NCBI GenBank assembly: GCA_002503285.1
Contig: DARI01000010.1
Span: 21,081-85,080, forward strand
Direction: 5' to 3'
Source: Euryarchaeota archaeon UBA557
Lineage (GTDB): Archaea; Thermoplasmatota; Poseidoniia; Poseidoniales; Thalassarchaeaceae
Length of the DNA stretch: 64,000 nt
A model generated the notes under the pieces. That model ran no database searches. It was not told where the DNA came from and saw nothing but the letters and a program-made list of their open reading frames with translations. The position numbers and the translations under genes were made by a program. The first letter of the stretch is position 1. The number at the start of each line of letters is the position of its first letter. Positions 19,661 to 28,734 of the stretch are shown here, in pieces.

Positions 19661-21322
19661 TTAATTATTTTTGCCCCATCGGCGGATTGCCTGCATCATC
19701 TGGCGCAACTCCTTAGGGGTGTATGTACGGCTTTGGCTATAAGCCAATTCCACAAGACGTGGGTCTCCAATCATTGATTGGACTTCTGCTGGAGGTTTTG
19801 TAGCCATTTCATCACGTGTGAGGTCATGATGGACCCTGATTTTTGTAAATAATGATTGTTGTACTCGAGTTCGATACGTTTTTGGATCTAGTTTACTCGG
19901 TCTTTCTGAAAAACGAGTTAAATCGAAGACGTGTCTCCAATTTTCTTTTTGAGGGACTATCATCATTGCAACTAGGAGCAGTAATCCCACATTAAGAACA
20001 ACTAACCATTTTAGGAAGGTATTAGAAGTTAATAGTACTATAGTCCCCATTGCCTCGACAAACGGGGCTGAAATAACTCCAGTAATATGCCTACTTTCAT
20101 CGAATACTATTTGGAAATTTGATTTGTCTCCCGCATAATCTCCATTTTTTATTTGTGCAGATAGATTAAGATTATCAAATTCCATCATATCATAAATAAG
20201 TGAATTGAAATAGATATCATTACCTAACCAGTCATTATTATTATTTATTTCTTGATTCCAACAATTTTCAACGATACAAGATTCCCTTAGGCCTGTCTTT
20301 CTTGCCTCATCTAAGGACCACAGGCGATTGGAAAAGGCCTCTTCATCGGAAACAAAAACAATGCTTCCAGTAACAGAAAGTTTACCAACACCTCCGGAAA
20401 ATGCGCTACCGCCACTATTGGAACTAACTTGGTCTAATACCTGTATATCAGGATAATCGAAACGCATAATTAATTTTAAATCTCCGGGAGCAGGGTTAAG
20501 AGGATCTCCTGCATCCCCATTTTCTTGAATATCAATAAATGCAGATGTTGAAGCTGCACCTAGAGTCATAACATTACGATGGCCAGGATCAGTTACATCT
20601 TTGGAAGAAGGTTCGAATTTCATTCCGGTAGCCCCCCTTAACATAACGGGTAATCTACAATCCACTGTATTGTATATATCAATATTAAATTGGGAACATC
20701 CTTGTCTTAATGCACCTGGATCCATATTTTGAACATCTTGGCCAATGGTAGCAACTGTCCAGACGTTGCGCCATGTAACTATTTCACCACCAAATGAATC
20801 CCTTTTAACTTCGCCATTTTGATCATATTCGACCCAGTGTTGATTCTCATCCAATAAGTAATTATTAAAGAAAGTTAAGCCAAATTTATCTGCCAATCTA
20901 TTTGCATTGGTGTTATCAGAAGCGACAATGACTTTTCCTCCTTTTTCAGTTACGAATTTATAAATTTCTTCTGCTTCTGTTTCATCAATAGGTTTTTCTG
21001 GAGCGATGATTAGTAGCATAGTCCTATGTGGATCTTTCCAATCGTTAACTAACATAGGAGTAGACATAGTATTAGCGATAAAATAATCTTCTTCACCAGA
21101 TAAATCATCTCTCATATCTGTTAATTGTGCTAATTGGAGTATTTCGCCTTCTCCGTTTTCGTATGCAGAATATGCAGTACTTTTACCTGCTACAAAAAAC
21201 ATAGGTAAAATCAATAGAAGTACTATAGTAATCGAAAGTGAACTCAACACAATTGTAGAAAAATTTTCTTCTTGTGTTTTCTCACCTGCCACTTTAATCA
21301 TCTCAAAAAATGTAGGCAGCAC
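19661..21322 (-). CDS. DUF4350-like membrane protein (first gene of the MoxR operon)
   Basis: N-terminal TM, then LLIIAPEKPIDETEAEEIYKFVTEKGGKVIVASDN (GldG/DUF4350-like), a late TM and a cytoplasmic tail. GTG start at 21322; ATG alternative at 21301. Confidence 0.6.
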   Translation of the reverse strand: MLPTFFEMIKVAGEKTQEENFSTIVLSSLSITIVLLLILPMFFVAGKSTAYSAYENGEGEILQLAQLTDMRDDLSGEEDYFIANTMSTPMLVNDWKDPHRTMLLIIAPEKPIDETEAEEIYKFVTEKGGKVIVASDNTNANRLADKFGLTFFNNYLLDENQHWVEYDQNGEVKRDSFGGEIVTWRNVWTVATIGQDVQNMDPGALRQGCSQFNIDIYNTVDCRLPVMLRGATGMKFEPSSKDVTDPGHRNVMTLGAASTSAFIDIQENGDAGDPLNPAPGDLKLIMRFDYPDIQVLDQVSSNSGGSAFSGGVGKLSVTGSIVFVSDEEAFSNRLWSLDEARKTGLRESCIVENCWNQEINNNNDWLGNDIYFNSLIYDMMEFDNLNLSAQIKNGDYAGDKSNFQIVFDESRHITGVISAPFVEAMGTIVLLTSNTFLKWLVVLNVGLLLLVAMMIVPQKENWRHVFDLTRFSERPSKLDPKTYRTRVQQSLFTKIRVHHDLTRDEMATKPPAEVQSMIGDPRLVELAYSQSRTYTPKELRQMMQAIRRWGKNN

Positions 21323-21352
21323 CTACAACATGTTTCGGACAATAGGAGTACA

Positions 21353-21362
21353 AATATATGTT
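21353..21362 (-). promoter_or_regulatory. TATA-like element upstream of the MoxR operon
   Basis: Minus strand reads ACATATATTT about 31-40 nt upstream of the GTG at 21322. Confidence 0.3.
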
Positions 21363-21376
21363 ATTGCGTAAAGTTC

Positions 21377-21386
21377 AAAAAAAAAA
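21377..21386 (-). terminator. Oligo-T (T10) archaeal-type terminator after the Mo-enzyme operon
   Basis: A run of 10 A on the plus strand (T10 on the transcribed minus strand), about 80 nt downstream of the stop at 21465. Confidence 0.5.
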
Positions 21387-21464
21387 GTTAATATATCGAT
21401 TCTTAGTTTATTTTTTACATCTATGGAGTACAGCGAATTAAAAGAATATTAAGAGGCAAATTAA

Positions 21465-22409
21465 TTAATTTTTTCTACTAAATACAAGGGCAGTGAAAAT
21501 ACAAAAAATAATGGAAATAGGATTTAAAAATGGTAAGCTTGAACCAATTACTTGAGTAGTTGTAGTAGTAGAGTCGTCATTAGAATCTGGATCATTTTTA
21601 GTTAAAGGGGGATCTACAACAACTTGTACATCATCACTTACTAATGATTGGGACCCTATATTCATCCCGCCATTAGATGCAACTGTTATTTCTACTTTAC
21701 AATTTCTTCTTGGATGACTTTCGGATGCGGATAATTCTAAATCAGATTGAATAGATTTACCAGGATTTAAATTTGCAGTCATTAATGAGTCGAGGCCATT
21801 GTTGGGACTTAATAAGGGGCAATTATCTGTTATTTCTATTTCCCCAACATTATCTACAATATTTCCCTTATTAGTTACTGTGACCCTTAAAGGCATGCTT
21901 GAACCAGCATTCATAGGTCCAACTGGATCTTCAATTTCTATATCCAATAAGTAAATTATTGGAATCATTAATTTTCCCTCTGCATCATTTGAAGAAGGAA
22001 ATAATTGAGGAGTGTCCTGAATGGAGTCTAAATTGGCCGTAATAGTAAATACTTCCTCCTTCCTGGCTTCAAAATTAAGAATATTTATATTCGAAATTTG
22101 AAGAGTGAAGGATTCATTACTTTGCCCTTCAATTGTTCCTTCTGATGGTCCAGAATATTCGCCTGGAAATGCTTTTTCATACTCAAAAGAAACATCTATA
22201 GAGAATGGCCCCTCATTAGTTACAATAAACACAATTCTTGCTTTTCCATCATTAGATAATTCAAAAGGATTACCGGAATCATCTTCCGGATATTCAATAT
22301 TCAATTCCCAAGGATAATCAACGTCTTGTGAATAGACTCCTGGCAATAAGGATATCAATATCAAACTAGTAATTATGAAAATATATGAATTTGTTGACTT
22401 ATGCTCCAT
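21465..22409 (-). CDS. Secreted Ig-like (CARDB-like) protein with Thr-rich linker and C-terminal hydrophobic anchor
   Basis: Signal peptide IFIITSLILISLLPGVYS. Two beta-sandwich-like halves (VTNEGPFSIDV; VTVTNKGNIVDNV). TTTTT linker followed by LPFLNPISIIFCIFTALVFSRKN. The start lies 1 nt after the FAD-subunit stop. Confidence 0.6.
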   Translation of the reverse strand: MEHKSTNSYIFIITSLILISLLPGVYSQDVDYPWELNIEYPEDDSGNPFELSNDGKARIVFIVTNEGPFSIDVSFEYEKAFPGEYSGPSEGTIEGQSNESFTLQISNINILNFEARKEEVFTITANLDSIQDTPQLFPSSNDAEGKLMIPIIYLLDIEIEDPVGPMNAGSSMPLRVTVTNKGNIVDNVGEIEITDNCPLLSPNNGLDSLMTANLNPGKSIQSDLELSASESHPRRNCKVEITVASNGGMNIGSQSLVSDDVQVVVDPPLTKNDPDSNDDSTTTTTQVIGSSLPFLNPISIIFCIFTALVFSRKN

Positions 22410-22410
22410 G

Positions 22411-23391
22411 CTAGACCTCCAATAGGCCCTCGCACGCCCTCTTTGTTAATACTCTCACCATTTTTCTTCTATAAGAAGTAGAATACCAAGTATTTTGAAC
22501 TGGCTTTACTGCTTTTCTTATTTGTTCTGATAGTAAAGATATGCTTGCTTTTCCATTCCAGCCATCAATTAAATTTGAAGCCAATTCATCGTGATAACCA
22601 GGAATAGATTCCAGGCCTGTTGTAGCAACTCTTAATTCCTTGAGTTTATTATTTTCTTTCTTCCATAGAACTGCAACTCCTGCTTCAGGAAAATCCCATG
22701 ATTCTCTTTGCCGTAATTTTTGATAATCACCTGACCAATTTGAAATATCTTTTGGGATAGTTATATGTGTCAATAATTCGCCAGGAATCAATTTGTTTCT
22801 AGTCATGCCATCTAATTCAAAAAAATCATTCAATGGCATTTCTCTCTTTCCTTCCGCTGAAATTAAGTGTACTTTTGCACCCATGCACATCAATACAGGA
22901 GCTAAATCCGCTTGGTAGGTAGCTACGCATAAAGTATTCTGATTTGGAATTACTCTACAATCTGCACCTGTTCCGCAATCGCATTTGTGGCACCAATCAA
23001 TAGTTTCTCTCCAATCTTCAGTTTGATTATACCAATAACATCGGGTATCGAGGCATATATTGCCTCCAACTGTACCAGAACGGCGTATCAAAACACTTGC
23101 GATTGAATTAGCAGATTTTACAAGAACTGGATGAGTGACACCGGACTCAGCTAAATCTTGAATTCTGACCATGGCCCCAATATGAGTTGGAGATAGTTTA
23201 GTGAGAACATCAATTTTCGCCAATGATATTACATTATCTTTTGGATTCAAATGCCATTTGTAATTCGGAAGAAGATCGGTTCCTCCTGCAATCCAATCAA
23301 AGTCTCCGCCTTCAGATTGGATTGATTTGGCAATTTCTAATGCGTCTTCAAGACTATTTGGCGTGTGAAGTTTAAATGGAGGCATGCGCAT
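22411..23391 (-). CDS. Molybdo-flavoenzyme FAD-binding (medium) subunit, HcrB-like with Cys-rich insert
   Basis: FAD_binding_5-type WIAGGTDLLP and GTVGGNIC. Start taken at MRMPPFKL, 1 nt after the large-subunit stop; the ORF-track extension to 23499 is rejected. Confidence 0.85.
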   Translation of the reverse strand: MRMPPFKLHTPNSLEDALEIAKSIQSEGGDFDWIAGGTDLLPNYKWHLNPKDNVISLAKIDVLTKLSPTHIGAMVRIQDLAESGVTHPVLVKSANSIASVLIRRSGTVGGNICLDTRCYWYNQTEDWRETIDWCHKCDCGTGADCRVIPNQNTLCVATYQADLAPVLMCMGAKVHLISAEGKREMPLNDFFELDGMTRNKLIPGELLTHITIPKDISNWSGDYQKLRQRESWDFPEAGVAVLWKKENNKLKELRVATTGLESIPGYHDELASNLIDGWNGKASISLLSEQIRKAVKPVQNTWYSTSYRRKMVRVLTKRACEGLLEV

Positions 23392-23392
23392 T

Positions 23393-26173
23393 TTAATCAC
23401 CCCTATGGCGCCTTTCGGCATGTAACCATGCTCTTCCTGCCAATCTGGGATTTTGGAGGTATTCTTCCGAAGGCAACACTGAAACTTTCCAACTATCATC
23501 TATTTCATCAGGAGGTATCGTTGGATCAAGTCCAAACAATGCACCATTATGATAAGGTTCTATTTTTGATTCATTCCTCCTTTTTATATCTCTAATTTTG
23601 TGCTCATTAGCTCTTTTCTCCAATTTAAGCTGTAATTCTGATAATTCTAGCCTCGGAGATGGCAGATCTAAAGGATCTGTGATTTTTAATTTTCTACATT
23701 TTTTCTCTATATTTTTATAAAGTCTATCGGGTGTAATTGGTAACTCATCACATCTGATTCCGATTGCATCATAAACTGCGTTACAAACTGCAGGAAGAAT
23801 TGGCAATAAAGGCCCTTCTCCAGCTTCTTTTGCACCAAATGGCCCCTCTGGATCATTAGATTCTACGATTATCGGCACTACTTCAGGCATTTCATGTACA
23901 CTTGGAATTTTATAATCTAAAAGATCAGTATTCATTAAATTTCCCGTTCTTCCATACCTCATTTCTTCAGATAATACTTGGCCCATACCCATGTGGCAAG
24001 AACCTATGATTTGGCCCTTTACAGCTAGTGGATTCAGTGCCTTACCGCAATCATGAGCCGCCCAGACTTTTTTCACTTTAGTTTGTCCTGTCTCAATATC
24101 TACTTTGACTTCCGCAACATATGCTGAGAAGGAGTAAGCAGGCGCTAACCCTGCACCTGCACCTTTGTGTGCCCTTCCCATAGGAGGAGTGCGATATGCT
24201 CCCGATGCGACTAATGCACCTATCTCTTCTTGAGATTTATGTAATGCTTCTAAGTATGAAACTCCAACCGCTGGATCATCTTTTCTAAATATTCTTCTGT
24301 CCCCAATTACTAATTTCTTCAATGGCGCTCCGGTAATCTTAGAAGTAGCATCTAGTAATTTATTTCTTATTTCCATTGCTGCAGAAATTGCTGCATTGGC
24401 ATTCATGAACGTAACTCTTGATGAGTAAGAACCTAAATCAACAGGTGATGTATCTGTTTCTCTAGATTTTATCCTTATCATATCGAGGGGTAATCCTAAA
24501 ACTTCAGCCACGGACTGGGCTACAACTGTATCTGATCCTTGGCCTATATCGGCTGCACCAGTGTGAACAGTAACTCCTCCATCCATATCTATTTTCAAAT
24601 GGACAGTAGCGTGCGGAAATTTATTTGGATCCCAATGGATGGGTAAACCACTTCCGGAGATAAAGAAGCCGCACCCTATTCCAATTCCGTGCCCTAAAGG
24701 TAATTTTCTAAACTTATCTTTCCAACCTGATTCTGCCATTACTCTTTCCAAACATTCCCTCATGCCAATACTGGTCACTCTAAAACCAGTGATAGTGGCT
24801 GAATTGGGTGGAAGAAGATTTGCCAATCTAAAAGAGATAGGGTCAACATTTAATTTTTCTGATATATCATCAATTCCCACTTCTACTGCACATCTAGAAT
24901 TTACTGCTCCATGACCGCGCATTGCTCCACTTGCTGGCTTATTTGTCCATACCCTTGCACCAGTATAATGGAATGCTCCGATCTCATAAGGTGCGGTATG
25001 TAATACTCCATTATAGTAAGTAGTAACATGACCAAAAGACGCAAAAGCACCACCATCGATTAATGCATCAGTTTGTATCCCGCACAATCTTCCTTCCTGA
25101 TCTGCATGCAAATTCATTTCGATGTGCGAGGGATGTCTGCCCCTATTAATCCAATAAACCTCTTCACGATCAAAGGTAATTCTAACCGGGCGGCCCGATT
25201 TACGGGCTAAAATAGATGCACACATCTCATGAGGGAAAGGATCGGATTTACCTCCAAATCCTCCTCCTACAAATGTCCTATGAACATTTATTTGATGCAT
25301 AGGAATTTCCAAAACATCGGCTAGAGCCCTATGGACATAATGAGGAACTTGCTGTGGAGTATACAATGTTAATCTGCCTGAAGGATCCCAGTCAGCAACT
25401 ACTGCATGAGGTTCCGTTGCTGCATGGTTGACTCCGTTAAAGAACCAATTTTTTTTATGAGATGCTATAGAATTAGTTTCCATGGATTCTATATTTCCAA
25501 ATTCTTGAAAAACACGTTTTTGTATATTTGCTTCACCTATATGATAAATTCCTCTATCGTGAATGGGTTCATTGGAATCATTTAGTCCATCTTTCATATC
25601 ATGTATTGAGTCTAAAATTTCATATTCGACATCTATTAGACGTACGGCCTCTAATGCTGTTGACTCATCTTCAGCAGCAACGCATGCAACTAAATCTCCA
25701 ATGTGCCTTACTCTATCGACTGCCATTGCATGCTCATCTTTTGTTACAGGCAGGACTCCGAATTTATTACTAGCATCTTGGCCAGTTGCAATTGAGATAA
25801 CTCCAGGTAATTCAATAGCTTTTGTTACATCTATTGATAATATACGCGCATAATGGTGTGGAGAGCGAATAATTTTACCTATTAGTTCATTTGATAGTCT
25901 AATGTCGTCTCCATATTTTGCTTTACCCGTAACTTTCCATTTACTATCAATAAGGGAGGTAGATTTACCGACAACTCTACCAGTAATCAATTCATCATGT
26001 CTATGTCCCCCCCATGGTTGTTTCTTTTCACCACCTTGACTTTCAGGAATTAATTCTTCATTCCTTGGTTCACTAAATGAATTCTTACCGCCAGAACCAG
26101 GCCTAGAAAATGATAATTTTCCTGATTGTTGCCTGTAGCCAACAATCTCCTTTTTTTTATCCTTAGGCATCAT
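23393..26173 (-). CDS. Xanthine dehydrogenase-family molybdopterin-binding large subunit (aldehyde oxidoreductase / 4-hydroxybenzoyl-CoA reductase-like)
   Basis: KVTGKAKYGDD, FVGGGFGGKS, GAMRGHG, GQGSDTV, AKEAGEGP motifs. It has neither the CoxL form I AYXCSFR motif nor the form II AYRGAGR motif. Confidence 0.9.
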   Translation of the reverse strand: MMPKDKKKEIVGYRQQSGKLSFSRPGSGGKNSFSEPRNEELIPESQGGEKKQPWGGHRHDELITGRVVGKSTSLIDSKWKVTGKAKYGDDIRLSNELIGKIIRSPHHYARILSIDVTKAIELPGVISIATGQDASNKFGVLPVTKDEHAMAVDRVRHIGDLVACVAAEDESTALEAVRLIDVEYEILDSIHDMKDGLNDSNEPIHDRGIYHIGEANIQKRVFQEFGNIESMETNSIASHKKNWFFNGVNHAATEPHAVVADWDPSGRLTLYTPQQVPHYVHRALADVLEIPMHQINVHRTFVGGGFGGKSDPFPHEMCASILARKSGRPVRITFDREEVYWINRGRHPSHIEMNLHADQEGRLCGIQTDALIDGGAFASFGHVTTYYNGVLHTAPYEIGAFHYTGARVWTNKPASGAMRGHGAVNSRCAVEVGIDDISEKLNVDPISFRLANLLPPNSATITGFRVTSIGMRECLERVMAESGWKDKFRKLPLGHGIGIGCGFFISGSGLPIHWDPNKFPHATVHLKIDMDGGVTVHTGAADIGQGSDTVVAQSVAEVLGLPLDMIRIKSRETDTSPVDLGSYSSRVTFMNANAAISAAMEIRNKLLDATSKITGAPLKKLVIGDRRIFRKDDPAVGVSYLEALHKSQEEIGALVASGAYRTPPMGRAHKGAGAGLAPAYSFSAYVAEVKVDIETGQTKVKKVWAAHDCGKALNPLAVKGQIIGSCHMGMGQVLSEEMRYGRTGNLMNTDLLDYKIPSVHEMPEVVPIIVESNDPEGPFGAKEAGEGPLLPILPAVCNAVYDAIGIRCDELPITPDRLYKNIEKKCRKLKITDPLDLPSPRLELSELQLKLEKRANEHKIRDIKRRNESKIEPYHNGALFGLDPTIPPDEIDDSWKVSVLPSEEYLQNPRLAGRAWLHAERRHRGD

Positions 26174-26179
26174 TATTCC

Positions 26180-26746
26180 TCACTTGACAAAACCGGGATT
26201 CGGATTACTTAATGGCTCAGTACCATTTAAATTTTCATTTCCTGAAGTAAGTATCTTACTTGCAGAACGAACAGAATCAACGATTTGCTGATAACCTGTA
26301 CATCTACATAAATTTCCTTCTATAGCATTTTTGATTTCATCATCATCAGGAGATGGATTGTTATTCAAAAGTGCAGAAATTACAACCAAAAATCCTGGAG
26401 TACAGAATCCACATTGGCTACCTCCGCATTCTGCAAAAGTTTCTTGAATAGGATGTAGGTGGTGGCCTTCTGAAAGTCCTTCAACTGTTGTTATGTCAGT
26501 TTCTTGAACCTCTTGTGCTAATGTCAGACAAGATAGTTTTGGGACGCCATCGATTAATACTGCGCAACAACCACAAGTACCCATGTCACAGCCCCTTTTT
26601 ACTCCCAGCGTACCAACTTGATCACGAAGTACATCAAGAAGAATAGAATTACTATCAATTGAATGTACAAAAGATTTTCCATTAACGGTAGACTTCCAAG
26701 GAGTTTTATCCAAATTAGAAATCATTGGAAGGCGGTACTGAGACAT
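26180..26746 (-). CDS. Molybdo-flavoenzyme [2Fe-2S] small subunit
   Basis: CDMGTCGCCAV (plant-type cluster) plus CGFCTPG and CRCTGY (second cluster). Confidence 0.9.
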   Translation of the reverse strand: MSQYRLPMISNLDKTPWKSTVNGKSFVHSIDSNSILLDVLRDQVGTLGVKRGCDMGTCGCCAVLIDGVPKLSCLTLAQEVQETDITTVEGLSEGHHLHPIQETFAECGGSQCGFCTPGFLVVISALLNNNPSPDDDEIKNAIEGNLCRCTGYQQIVDSVRSASKILTSGNENLNGTEPLSNPNPGFVK

Positions 26747-26751
26747 GATTA

Positions 26752-27453
26752 CTAAATCCCATCCTCTATAGTATTTTGAGCATTCGGTTTCAATTTGCTA
26801 TTTTGTATGTCCAAATCTTCTATTGCCTTGCGTATTATTGATAATTCGGCTCTTTGAATATGCTCGCCAAGTGTGCTTCTAGCCATCCCTAATTCTTCAG
26901 ATAATTCCTTCAGAGTAATTCTTGATTCTTTTTCGTAATAACCTCTATAAGCAGCGTAAGTGAGTGTTTCTTTTTGTCTATTTGTCAAAGAGTCTGTCCA
27001 ATCATTAATATGATTTCCCTTTAATGATTGGACGCTTATCTTATCTGGTGGCATTACCGACCTTAGCAATGAAACAAAATTTCGAACTGATTCAGAAATT
27101 CCGGATATTCTCAAAATCATTCCACTATCTTTAGATATTCCATATGGCGTTTGAACATGAATATTGGACATTTTTATTCCCGACAATACTAATGGATGTG
27201 TACAAAGTAGGCTAACTAATATGCCATCTTCATCTTCCTCATATTGTTTAATTATTTTGAAATTGGGTAGTGTTTTGAAATCTTCTAAGCCTTTATTTTT
27301 TTGAAATTTTATCTCTGCCAATTGAGTTATGCCATCTATAGAAATTGATAGGTGTCCGAGAACTTCAATTTTTTCAACTATTTTTAGAAAGTTTGACAAA
27401 TCATGTGATTTATGTAAAGAATCAAGATTCCAACGAATCGCAACCTTCCGCAT
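26752..27453 (-). CDS. HTH_10 (bacterio-opsin-activator-type) transcriptional regulator
   Basis: C-terminal LTNRQKETLTYAAYRGYYEKESRITLKELSEELGMARSTLGEHIQRAE is the halobacterial HTH_10 pattern. Confidence 0.75.
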   Translation of the reverse strand: MRKVAIRWNLDSLHKSHDLSNFLKIVEKIEVLGHLSISIDGITQLAEIKFQKNKGLEDFKTLPNFKIIKQYEEDEDGILVSLLCTHPLVLSGIKMSNIHVQTPYGISKDSGMILRISGISESVRNFVSLLRSVMPPDKISVQSLKGNHINDWTDSLTNRQKETLTYAAYRGYYEKESRITLKELSEELGMARSTLGEHIQRAELSIIRKAIEDLDIQNSKLKPNAQNTIEDGI

Positions 27454-27494
27454 AATAATCTCAAGTCGGGACGATTTATTGAAACCTACTGATG

Positions 27495-28709
27495 CTAGGT
27501 CCAGTAAGATTCCCGAATTTCTTGATTAGTTTCCATACAAAAAACTACATCCGAGGGTCTATTATTCATAGAATCGGTTCCATTAAGATGTCTTATTATT
27601 GGTAGGACATTGCTTTCATTGACTACGCCCCATCCAACTTGCGTACATGGTGCAACTGGAGAAATTGGTGTTGTGCCTGAAAGGGGGTCCCAAGTTGAGT
27701 AAGAAGGATACCATGCGGACATATTTAGTGCATCTCGGATATCATCATTTGTGATTTTAAAATTCGTCCCATTAATAATATATTTATCTCTGATCAAAGG
27801 ATCAGCCCCTGAAGATGAGTCATTAAATTCATTTCGTAAGTTCATTATAATTTTTGATAACAAACCTGCAGTTCTCGGAGTGGCGAAAGAAGTTCCTGAA
27901 GTTTCATGATATCCATCAATATCATCATGATTGGGTAAAATTTGAGTCCAATCTGACGCCATATCTGGATATGAACCACTCATTGTTTCTTTCTGATCAT
28001 CACCTTCTTCGGCATAGCCCGATATTCCAATACTCCATGGAGGCCCTGCAGTTGAATCTTGAACTGCCGGAGATGGAGAATTGTCTGCAGCACCAGTATG
28101 TATTTTTCCATTTTGAACGACAGCAACTTTAGTTGCGTCTTCGATACCAGGAACTGGGACGGATCCAATAGGCCCGAAACTAGTAGTTATTATGTCCACA
28201 AGAGGTTGATTTGCTGCTGCTAAGACAGCCTCATCACTAAATCCTTCTACAAAGAATATTACTGCATCCGGATTAGCATTCAATACTGCACCTGTCACAG
28301 CCGTCCCATGTCCATCAGCAGGATCATCCAAAATTGGAATATCTGTATCGTCATCAGGAGAAGTTCCGATAATTCTAGTCCCCTGAAACCACACAATATC
28401 TGTAGAAGTAATTAAGTCCCAACACGATTCTTTATCAGATTGATATCTTTCTTCCCATGTTCCATTAGATGCGATATCACAAATCATTGTCACCCCTAAT
28501 CCGTTCAAAAGCCATTCTGGATAATCTTCCTCCATAACAAAATGATCATGATATACATTTATTCCAGTGTCTACAGGGGCAACTACACTGTAAGAGTCGA
28601 AGGTATTTACAACGTTTATTGGTTGATATTCTCCTTCTTTATCCTCAAGACAACCTGACATTGGAGCCAAAATAAAAATAATTGAGAGTGATATAGCAGC
28701 ACTGCGCAT
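27495..28709 (-). CDS. Subtilisin-like S8 serine protease, probable lipoprotein
   Basis: Triad VDTGINVYH (D), DGHGTAVTG (H), SGTSFATPRTAG (S). Lipobox-like LAPMSGC. Start taken at MRSAAISL to avoid overlap with xdhC; the ORF extends to 28766. Confidence 0.8.
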   Translation of the reverse strand: MRSAAISLSIIFILAPMSGCLEDKEGEYQPINVVNTFDSYSVVAPVDTGINVYHDHFVMEEDYPEWLLNGLGVTMICDIASNGTWEERYQSDKESCWDLITSTDIVWFQGTRIIGTSPDDDTDIPILDDPADGHGTAVTGAVLNANPDAVIFFVEGFSDEAVLAAANQPLVDIITTSFGPIGSVPVPGIEDATKVAVVQNGKIHTGAADNSPSPAVQDSTAGPPWSIGISGYAEEGDDQKETMSGSYPDMASDWTQILPNHDDIDGYHETSGTSFATPRTAGLLSKIIMNLRNEFNDSSSGADPLIRDKYIINGTNFKITNDDIRDALNMSAWYPSYSTWDPLSGTTPISPVAPCTQVGWGVVNESNVLPIIRHLNGTDSMNNRPSDVVFCMETNQEIRESYWT

Positions 28710-28734
28710 TTCTTTCCGTCTGATACGGTACTTT

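Noticed and set aside
23392-23499. 5' extension of the FAD-subunit ORF (MIVGKFQCCL…), which overlaps the large-subunit gene by 107 nt. The plus-strand ORF 23365-23595 is in the same category.
   Set aside because: The conserved FAD-subunit sequence begins at MRMPPFKL, 1 nt after the upstream stop. The extension has no family similarity and would require a long out-of-frame overlap.
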